Source of the DNA: Pelagomonas calceolata
Taxonomy: Eukaryota
DNA: 64,000 nucleotides
Assembly (NCBI GenBank): GCA_918797485.1
Contig: CAKKNE010000005.1
Span: 1,302,001-1,366,000 of the forward strand
Direction: 5' to 3'
Shown here piece after piece: positions 30,201 through 37,803 of the stretch (its first letter is position 1; every line of letters begins with the position of its first letter). The notes under the pieces are model-generated. The model did no database searches. It was not told where the DNA came from and worked only from the letters and a program-made list of their open reading frames with translations. The position numbers were made by a program, and so were the translations under genes.

Positions 30201-30427
30201 TTCAGGCCCTCCTCGTCGCAGGTCGGCGCGGGGCCCGGCTTGCCGGTACAGTAGGATTCGTGGTTGGGGCAGCCGGTGGAGGTGATCGTGCGCTTCTCGA
30301 CTCCTTGTTGGGTCGTGATCGTCTCCGTGTAGGCCGCAGAGGAGCCGTCCTCGTTGCAGGCGTCGCCCGCCGCCGCGCGGGCCGTTCCGAGCAGCACGAG
30401 GACGAGGAGTCGGCGCAGCGACGCCAT
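27239..30427 (-). CDS. Receptor-like kinase: YHYH ectodomain-TM-helical bundle-coiled coil-TKL kinase, paralogue B
   Basis: Signal peptide MASLRRLLVLVLL, YHYH motifs, TM AGAAAAGAALLLAAAAAFVFYRR, kinase motifs ATGGFGSV, CLKK, HRDLKALN, DFG, GTPAFMAPE, SDVYSY. Confidence 0.9.
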   Translation of the reverse strand: MASLRRLLVLVLLGTARAAAGDACNEDGSSAAYTETITTQQGVEKRTITSTGCPNHESYCTGKPGPAPTCDEEGLKGSGTEAVEQDLSVDIPANPILKSSYEPGELDCSMGAIAYALNGIGFYSGAVGYDADGNCPQLDVADPEAEWISFDCCTGHSDYDAAYHYHFPPSCLLAQANKAAPISDGHSAQVGWAEDGFPIYGPLGPGGVEIRNCGTSGAHSTYCQDECGGYEGELPGVDNYKYRYYITGKVGDLNTLPSTPMPDSEELYYPYTIRCYRGCTMSSGISDFKSCIDGVGVTDGFTSAHTATALDGYTTPVAVQCWDDKTYADYGFTEAVITPAADPTPRPTPAPVPAPTPRPTLAGALAGGTESSAEASGGSGGGGGGDDVMVAGAAAAGAALLLAAAAAFVFYRRSSKGSSTKQRARGGGDLEEGDDRSAIAFARHEETSRVTQRGMMLASALLSVGSSLPLVGRLCEAAQSCLGSAEEFSEKADDVLVAAKRVVDVLNVVQMMARNADKLAEGRELVEQAMRELVDLVVEFDGAVRKFGKKGWLQRAFKMQSHVKSLGRLDRRIVAQLQTFRDIYRLSVDHLMMERTYRIEASVGQLVAERVRATGESEAQAAASLSADPAAVARVAADGRVAAAELSSELQEFRLEVKEGLGNLDKKMQQMLAGLHGDKAELAGIAKAVNAAAARDAELMKAVEAGAARDEQILAAVEAGAQRDAGLRQQIRGLGDSLRRKTKKESARQYKDAQLERYEVQVDDVSEAPIATGGFGSVHTAWYAEEEVCLKKISIAGLTHARRAKVVRSFKMELSIMCHLRSPRIVSVLGAVTTDGRWLGLVMEYCAGGSLRAALDDESGVVTGALQRTWSADVAFGMAFLYAQGVEHRDLKALNVLLTSDLRGKVTDFGLSRCDELKTALTTQATAAAGGAAGTPAFMAPELLEDNIFTEKSDVYSYAIVLWEIWDRGLPWHGLQPVQITRKVVDKRQRPPVPAGMPAELRELMLRAWAPDPADRPDFAEISSRLKAFSPRTRAAARPPASSAQNSTRSLANPRSWLGGAS

Positions 30428-30670
30428 GGGTCGCGTATTATCCAACGTTTCGGCTGCCCTCGGCTTGCATGCAGTCAAGTTTCAGCCAAGTTTCTGCACT
30501 GCCAGTGCCACTGAGTTCAGACTCAGAGGCAAACCCCCCCTCCAAGCTCTTACCCTAGCCCCTCTAGCCTTCCTTCAAGACGCGCGAGGAATCACGCGCA
30601 GGAGGCAAACCCTAATTGAATGGAATTGGTTTACGACTCGCGATGCGATTTCGGGAGAGGAGGGGAATTC

Positions 30671-31864
30671 TCAGGCGATGGCCGCCACGAGCGCCGCGGC
30701 GCCGGCGACCGCGAATTGGCGCGGCGCGCGTGTCGCCGCCGCGTCGGATTCCGTGGTCACTGCCCCATCCCCGGCAGTATCGACGGGCGTGATGACGGCT
30801 TCCGTGAAGCCGTAGTCGGTGTACCCTTTGTTGTCGAGGCACTGGACCGCGACGGGATCCGAGTAGCCGGCAAGCGCCGTGGCATCATGGGCGCTCGTGA
30901 AGCCGTCGGAGCCAACGTAGTCCTTGAAGGTGCCCAGCGTCTTTATGATGACGCCGCGGTGGCAGCGGATCGTGAACGGGAAGTAGAGATCCACATTGTC
31001 GGGCTTGGGGTAGGACGGCAGCGAGTTCAGGTCGTTGACTTTGCCGGTGATGTAGTAGCGATACTTGTAGTTGTCGACGTCCGGGAGCTCGCCCTCGTAG
31101 CCGCCGCACTTGTCCTGGCAGTAGGTCGCATGCGCGCCCGAGGCGCCGCAGTTGCGAATTTCGACGCCGCCGGGTCCAAGCGGGCCGTAAATCGGGAAGC
31201 CGTCCTGCGCCCAGCCGATCTGCGCGCTGTGGCCGCCCGCTATGGGCGCTTCCTTGTTGGCTTGGGCAATCAGGCACGACGGGGGGAAGTGGTAGTGGTA
31301 GCCGCCGGTGCCCGAGCTGTGCCCGCTACAACAATCGAACGAGATCCACTCGGCCGTGGGGTCGTCGATGGCGAGCTGTGGGCACGGCGGGTCTGCCTGA
31401 CTGTTGCCCACGGCGCCGGAGTAGAAGACCACGCCGTTGAGCGCGTAGGCGATGCCGCCCATCTCGCAGTCGAGCGAGCTGGTGGACGCCGTCTCGGTGG
31501 CGGTAGCGGCAGGGACCGTGGCCGCGTCGGCGAGCACGGCGGCCCAGTCGTCGGCGTCCAGGAGCTTCGGGTTCGCGGGGACGTCGACGTTGAGGTCCTG
31601 GTCCGTGGCCTCGGTCCCGTCACCCTTCAGGCCCTCCTCGTCGCAGACATCCTTGTTGGCAGGCTTGCCCGTGCAGTAGGACTCGTGGTTGGGGCAGCCC
31701 GCGGAGACGATCGTCCGCTTCTTGACGCCTTGCGCGGTCGAGATCGTCTCCGTGTAGGCCGCTGACGAGCCGTCCTCGGCGCAGGCGTCGCCCGCCGCCG
31801 CGTGAGCCGTTCCCAGCAGCGTCATGAGGAGGACCAAGACGCGTTTGGTCCCGGTCGGAGCCAT
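30671..31864 (-). CDS. YHYH-domain cell-surface protein, paralogue C (short, C-terminal hydrophobic tail)
   Basis: Signal peptide (MAPTGTKRVLVLLMTLLG), YHYH domain nearly identical to paralogue A, tail AGAAALVAAIA*. Confidence 0.85.
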   Translation of the reverse strand: MAPTGTKRVLVLLMTLLGTAHAAAGDACAEDGSSAAYTETISTAQGVKKRTIVSAGCPNHESYCTGKPANKDVCDEEGLKGDGTEATDQDLNVDVPANPKLLDADDWAAVLADAATVPAATATETASTSSLDCEMGGIAYALNGVVFYSGAVGNSQADPPCPQLAIDDPTAEWISFDCCSGHSSGTGGYHYHFPPSCLIAQANKEAPIAGGHSAQIGWAQDGFPIYGPLGPGGVEIRNCGASGAHATYCQDKCGGYEGELPDVDNYKYRYYITGKVNDLNSLPSYPKPDNVDLYFPFTIRCHRGVIIKTLGTFKDYVGSDGFTSAHDATALAGYSDPVAVQCLDNKGYTDYGFTEAVITPVDTAGDGAVTTESDAAATRAPRQFAVAGAAALVAAIA

Positions 31865-32132
31865 GTTTGCCTTCCTTCCTGTGAAGAGCACTGAGGGCCG
31901 TTCGTCGTGCGTAAGCGGCGAGGCTGCCCCGGGGCCGACGCTGGGTCCCTGGGCGATGCCTGGCAGCTTATCGCCGTCGCCGGGATGAACTGCACGTGGC
32001 ACTCTGAGCAGGCCGCGCCCAGAAACTAGAAGTTGAAAGAGCCCTGCCCCGCACGGACGCGGGCCGACCTCTACCGAGAGCTCGGGAGGGCCGGCGCGGC
32101 TCGCGAGGACTCGTGTCACAGTAAGAACCTCC

Positions 32133-33020
32133 TTAGAGCTCCCGCCGCCGCCGCTTCTTCTTACGGGGCGGGAGGCCCGCGGGGAGCGGATCCGCGGGCG
32201 CGCGGGCCGTCGCGGCGTCGACGCGGAGCGGCCGGTTCGTCTCCGACCGGGCCGCGGCCTCGTCGAAATCACGCGAGTCAGAGACGTCGACCGCCCAGAA
32301 GCGCCGCGACCGATCTACGTAGTAGTCCGTGCCGTCGCCGCAGGGCGCGAATTGGGGCTTGATGCGCAGATACGTCTGCGAGTAGTCCGCGGCGTCGCCG
32401 GGGCGCGGCTGGCGCTTTGAAGTTACGACCAAGGCCTCCTCGCCGGGCCGCACGACGTAGACCAGGGCGTCGGTGCCTTCGATTTCCGACGGCGCGCAGC
32501 CCTCCCTATCCACCAGATTTATGTCTATTTCGTGGACCTCGACGGGCCCGACTTTCCGCGCGTTCCGGACCGCGATTTGCGTCTCGCTGTTCGACGTGCC
32601 TGCGGCTTTCGCTCGGAAGGCGTGCGCGTTCTTCGGACACACGCCGGTCAAGCCGTCGTGGGCGCAGAGGGCCTTGGCCACGGCGTCCGGCGTCGCTATT
32701 GTTGAGTCTTCTGTACTATCAGCGTCCTCGACGAGCTCGACGAGTTCTCGCGCAACAATATCGCCGTGCTGCCGCGCAAACACGAAACACATGGGCCTTT
32801 CATCGGGATGCCGCCGCTCGCAGGCCGCATATAATTGATCAAGCCATTTGTGTGCGCTCCAGCGCTCGTCCCTTAAAAGGAGGTCCTTGATCGTGTACTG
32901 CGCGTGGTGTGCTGTTAGAACGCACTCGCTGCACCTCAACCCATACTCGCCCTCGAGCTTCTTGTCTACCTTAATGGCTGCGTGGCTCGTCGGCGCGAGG
33001 AGCGCTATCAGCAGCCACAT
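32133..33020 (-). CDS. Saposin-like ER protein
   Basis: Signal peptide MWLLIALLA, saposin-like Cys spacing (CSEC...AC...MC...LC...GVC), basic tail ending RREL. Confidence 0.65.
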   Translation of the reverse strand: MWLLIALLAPTSHAAIKVDKKLEGEYGLRCSECVLTAHHAQYTIKDLLLRDERWSAHKWLDQLYAACERRHPDERPMCFVFARQHGDIVARELVELVEDADSTEDSTIATPDAVAKALCAHDGLTGVCPKNAHAFRAKAAGTSNSETQIAVRNARKVGPVEVHEIDINLVDREGCAPSEIEGTDALVYVVRPGEEALVVTSKRQPRPGDAADYSQTYLRIKPQFAPCGDGTDYYVDRSRRFWAVDVSDSRDFDEAAARSETNRPLRVDAATARAPADPLPAGLPPRKKKRRRREL

Positions 33021-33159
33021 GGCTGCCCGCTTGCTCGCACGGATGGCGCGACGCTGCCCGACGCCCGTCTGCGCTGCCGAATAACTCCGCGAAGACGCCG
33101 GCGCGGCTCTATTCGCACCACTGCGGCCGCTTCCACCGGCCGAATGCATGGCTTGCTTG

Positions 33160-33180
33160 CTAGTGTCTTAGACCGCTAGC
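33160..33180 (+). promoter_or_regulatory. Bipartite upstream motif copy
   Basis: CTAGTGTCTTAGacCGCTAGC, 140 bp from ATG 33020. Confidence 0.6.
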
Positions 33181-33324
33181 TGGAAGCCGCGAGGAAGGAG
33201 GTACGCCGTTATGAAAGACGCGGCACGCGCCCGTTGCCGATGTCTCCCCCCCAGCCGGGCAGGGGCGCCGCCCACTAGTCCTGGCACCGTAACACGCCGT
33301 CGAGGAGCAAACGTACTGTACAAC

Positions 33325-34735
33325 TTACTGCGGGTACCGCTCCAGCACGCACGCGTGCCCCACGCCGCCGTCGGCGCAGGCCGCCACCAAAGCCAATTTC
33401 CCGCCCTCGCGCTGCAGGCGATTCGCCGCCGTCGTCACCAGGCGCGCCCCCGTGGCCCCGAACGGGTGGCCCAAGGACAGCGACCCGCCGTGCGGGTTCA
33501 CCTTATCCATGTTCATCGTCCCCACGGCGCCCTGCCTTCCAAGTTTCTCCCGCCCAAACTCATCCGAGGACATGGCGTTGAAGTTCGCGAGAACTTGACC
33601 GGCGAACGCCTCGTGGAACTCGACGACGTCGATGTCATCCAAGGACACACCGGCCATGTCCAATACTTTCGCAGTAGCATACGTAGGACCTAACAACATC
33701 TCCTCGAACGGGTCAACAGCAGCAAAGGTCCAGTTGTTGAGGTAGGCTTTCGGTGCGTAGCCCAGCTCGAGGGCTTTGCTCTCGGACATGATCAACGTAG
33801 CAGCGGCTCCATCAGTTAAGAAGGAGCTATTGGCAGCGGTGTGCGTGCCGGCCCCGTTCTTCACGAACGCGGGTTTGAGTTTGGCGAGCTGCTCCGGCGT
33901 GCTTTGGGCCTTGATGCCGTTCTCGTGCAAGTCGGCGTCGCCCTCGACGCCTGGTACTAACTCCTCCGCATAGACACCGTCATCATGAGCCTTCTGCGCG
34001 TTCTGGTGGGATCTAAGAGTGAACTTATCTTGCTCTTCTCTCGTTACCCCAAACTTCGTCGCCAGGCGATCCGACGAGTGGCCCATGACTTCGTCCGTCG
34101 TGAAGTTCTTGATCGAGGGCGCTTCGGGCGCGAGATCCTTGAGCTTCAGGCCCTTTAACAGTGACAGTGCCCCCATGGGACCCTTCTTCATGGCCTTGGC
34201 CGCACCGAGCAACCTTTTTCTAATAGGTCTGGAATAGCGAATGGGCACATCACTAAAAGTTTCACAACCGCCCGCGATGACGACGTCCGCCTGGCCTGCG
34301 CGGAGCATTTCTGTCAGATCTGATGGACACGAGTCGCGTCGATGGCGTGAAGGCACCGCGGGACGCCGAGATCGCACCTGCCAGTATCTTCTCGGCCCCC
34401 TGACAGATCGCCGCGTTCGCGCTCACGCAGGCCAAAGAAACCGTGTGGGCCGGGATATCGTGTGGTAAGCCGGCGTGCATCGCCGCTTCCCTCGCGATAT
34501 TTGACGTTCTTGGTTCCTGTACTACGGTGCCGCACAAAACGTAGTCCACTTCGGTTACGGGTAGTGCTGTTTTCGTGAGTAAACCCCTTAAAGCGTAGCG
34601 CATGAGGTCGACGGCCATCTGGTCCTTGTACTTCGTGCCGGCCATCGCAAACGGGATCCTCGCGCCGTCGACGACCACCACTCGCTTGCCTTGGGAGGTG
34701 CTGAGGCCCCGGCGCAGGGCGGCGGCGCGAAGCAT
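33325..34735 (-). CDS. HADHB: 3-ketoacyl-CoA thiolase (trifunctional enzyme beta subunit-like); intron 34296-34377
   Basis: QEPRTSNIAREA, TVSLACVSAN, NSSFLTDGA, EFHEAFAGQ, GGSLSLGHPFGATG. Splicing restores KILA-G-QADVVIAGG. Confidence 0.9.
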
Positions 34736-35005
34736 CTTGGCTATGGTTCGCGGCGGCGGGTTTGCGAAGTAAAACGCTGCGTCTAAGATCCGCGGCGTGC
34801 TTTTACCCTGCACTTCAGTGCGCTCTTCTTTTAGCAATAATCGCTAGCCTAACATACTAGCAAGCAGCCAAAAAGCGTGCCAGCGGTGCAATTGCGGGCC
34901 ATAGTGCAGCGGCACGCCGCCGACGCTGTCTTGATGCATATAGAATTGATGCGCGACAGCGATTTTGAGGCGTAACCGCAGTTAGGAGCTTGTGCACAGC
35001 ATCTC

Positions 35006-35668
35006 ATGGCCGCCCAGGCCTCAGCAGAGGACGCAAAACTCGACGGCTGGGTCCCGAGCTTGGATCATGCGACCTTTGTGGATTGGAACCGGGTCTACGA
35101 GCCGAGCGAAGACACGTTTCTGCTCTTGGACGCGTTGTTCGCGGACCGCGCCGCGTTACGCGCGAGCCGCGCGATCGTCGAAATAGGGCCGGGGTCCGGC
35201 GTCGTGGCGACGTACCTTGCGAAGCTGACGCGTAACAGCGTGCTCGCGGTCGATATTAATGAGGCCGCGTGCGCCTTGACAATGAGGACGGCAGAAGCCA
35301 ACGGCGCGCGCGTCGACGTCATGCGGGGCGACCTCTGCGGCGCGCTGCGGTCGTATAGTGTTGACGCCCTGGTCTTCAATCCGCCCTACGTCCCCACTGA
35401 TGATGAGGAGGTCGGCGGCGCCGGCATCGAGGCGTCCTGGGCGGGCGGTCGTAACGGAAGGCGCGTGCTCGACCGGCTCCTGCCGCACGTCGCGCGCGTC
35501 CTGGCGCCGGCGGGGCGCTTCTACGTCGTCTGCGTCGCCGAGAACGACCCGGCGTCGATCGTTTCCTACCTCCGCGCGCGGGGTCTGACGGGGGAGACGG
35601 TCCTGCGGCGCCGTGCGCGGAACGAGGCGCTGTCGGTGCTGCGGTTCGTGCGCGCTGCGCCTTCTTGA
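35006..35668 (+). CDS. N6AMT1: HemK2/N6AMT1-like eRF1 glutamine methyltransferase
   Basis: VYEPSEDTFLLLDAL, EIGPGSG, VDIN, FNPPYVPT, SWAGGRNGR. Confidence 0.9.
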   Translation: MAAQASAEDAKLDGWVPSLDHATFVDWNRVYEPSEDTFLLLDALFADRAALRASRAIVEIGPGSGVVATYLAKLTRNSVLAVDINEAACALTMRTAEANGARVDVMRGDLCGALRSYSVDALVFNPPYVPTDDEEVGGAGIEASWAGGRNGRRVLDRLLPHVARVLAPAGRFYVVCVAENDPASIVSYLRARGLTGETVLRRRARNEALSVLRFVRAAPS

Positions 35669-35865
35669 GGGCTGCTGGGTAATCTGTTGTGTGTGTGATC
35701 CCTGTGCGCTCGTCGACGAAATGGCCCCATCGATGCTGTCACTTGATCGACACGGGTTACTACCATGCGGAACGGGCCAGCTTGTCACTGGCTGGCAATG
35801 CACAAACGGCTTTCAGACAAGCATGGTTCTTTACAAGACAGGTGGGGCGGGGTCGTAGTAGTCAA

Positions 35866-36528
35866 TCACACGAGCGTGAGCGGCGGCGTGTTCGTCACTT
35901 CCGTCCGCGACGCGACGGCGACGGAGCCCGTGTAGGCGTCGCGCAGGACCGCGAAGTCGCCGTCGCGGAAGAGGATTTCCCCCGGCGGCGGCGGCGGCGG
36001 CGCGACGCGCAGGGGCCGCCAGCGGAGCGTGCACGCGTCCGCGGGCGAGCCCGGCGGCGCCGTCCTCTGGAGATATCGGAGCCGCGCCGCCGTCGCCTCG
36101 GCGTCGCCGGCGACGACGCAGTCCGGCGCGTCGACGACGCTCGCGCCCGGCGCGGCCCGCCAGCCGCCGCCGAAGGCCGCGTCGGCGAGCGCCGCGTCGA
36201 GGTCGCGGTCGTCGCGCCACCTGCGTTTTTTGAATTTTGTGTTGCGCCCGAGAGCGACCCCGGGTCGCGAGAAGACTTTTTCACACGCTGAAAACTACGA
36301 GCAGGCCCAGCGTTCAGGTAGCGCGGGGTGCCGGCGTCGTCGTTCCTCGTTGTTTAGCTCGCGTAAGATTTCGTCTAGCGCATCCGATGCTAATATTTGG
36401 TCCTTGTTCGCATGCGCCTTTTGACAGAGCTGCACGAGCTGGACTTTCGTTCCACGCTGTCCTAAGGCGTACTTGCCCTGGCCGGCCTGCGAAAAGGCTC
36501 CCAGCGTTATCAACATGAGGAGAGCCAT
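35866..36528 (-). CDS. Hypothetical two-exon protein with signal-peptide-like start; intron 36221-36298
   Basis: Exon 1 MALLMLITLG...WAC joins through a phase-2 GT...CAG intron to an open GC3-rich frame (WRDDRDLDAA...PLTLV*). My own model; it is not in the ORF track. Confidence 0.45.
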
Positions 36529-36762
36529 CGTAGCAGCTCAGCGTTTATGTCTTCGGCTGCTGCTGGACCGGAGCCTGGGGCTTTGGACAAACGGACGTCA
36601 ACTGCGAGGGCGGAGGAGTCGCCTGCTTCGGTCGCGCTTCACCGCGAAAGGTGGTCCCCCGAATCGAGACCCCGCCCGGAAACGGCTCGGAGGTGCCGCG
36701 CGGGGCCCGCCGAGGCCGCGCGCGCCCCCTCCATGGTACGGATTCGAATTAAGCACCACTTA

Positions 36763-37279
36763 CTACAGTTCCTGCTCGGCGTAGCGCGCCGCCTCCTCAA
36801 CAACCTCACCACCAACATCAACGGTGACGGCGTCCTCCGCGCCCGCGACCACCACGGGCGGCTCGTCAGAAAGAGCCGACACGGGCGCAAAGCCGCGGCC
36901 CTCCATGACGTCCACGAACTTCCGGTGCCGCTTGTGCGCCGCGACGGCGTCCTTGATGTTCTGGTTGAGACTAATAATGTGCGTCTCCCATTCCTTGTCG
37001 ACCTGTGCGTAGACCCGTGAGTATGCGTGCCGGCCTCCACGCCGCCGCGCCGAGACAGCCGCCGCTTTGAAAGCGCGCCGGCGACGCGTGTTTTTTTTCG
37101 GGCGCGCCGGCGCGGACCCCGTGGTTCTCGAGCCAGATGATCCCGATCGGCGAGCTCTTCACAATATCAATATCGCCGTCTCCATCAAAGTCGATGGGGT
37201 GCATCGACGACGCGCCCTGTCCATTAATTAGGGTGGGCAGCAGCGCCGCCGCGAGCGCCACGATGCTGCTGCGTCTCAT
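36763..37279 (-). CDS. Small secreted/ER protein with one FG-GAP/VCBS-like repeat; intron 37003-37117
   Basis: Signal peptide and DFDGDGDIDIV. Splicing yields WLENHG|VDKEWETHII and a C-terminal EQEL*. My own model. Confidence 0.7.
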
Positions 37280-37803
37280 TCTAGAGCATTCTGCGACGCG
37301 TGGCCATGGCGTGTCGTCTGCGGCGGTGCGCGCGTAGCGTAGCCTCCGGGCAGCAATCTTGTGTTTGTATTACGCGGAGACGGCAGTCGAACCTTAAATT
37401 TGCAGACAGAGGCGCCCCGCGCGATCGAAGCCCCGCCCCGCGCGAGGGCCTACCAGCCACCGCCGCGGCCCTAGAGCGATGCTAGACTGCTATGAGCCGC
37501 AGGGGCAGCCAAATGGCAGCCTTTTCCATGGATTGGGGCTCGGAGGGGCAGCCTTGCCGGAAAAACCGCGAGGGTGGGGCCGCGCGAGGGGTCCTGGCTG
37601 CCCGCGACGACAGCGCGCGGCGCGGCGGGGGAAAAAATCATCGTAACCTAACTAAGGTAAGGATAATATTGCACCCGGCCAAAAATTACACTTTGGCTGT
37701 GTCGAGCGGCGAGGCGATTTGTGCGCCAACCCCAACCCCGGGCAGCCCGCGCCGCACGCCGCGTGGGTCGAGCGCCAGCCCGGAGACCGCGAAGCCAGCG
37801 AAG

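Noticed and set aside
37492..37803. N-terminal extensions given by the ORF track for many genes (e.g. 37492, 12911, 18475, 32272, 9210)
   Set aside because: They are upstream open stretches, often from non-ATG starts. Downstream ATGs give proper signal peptides or conserved N-termini.
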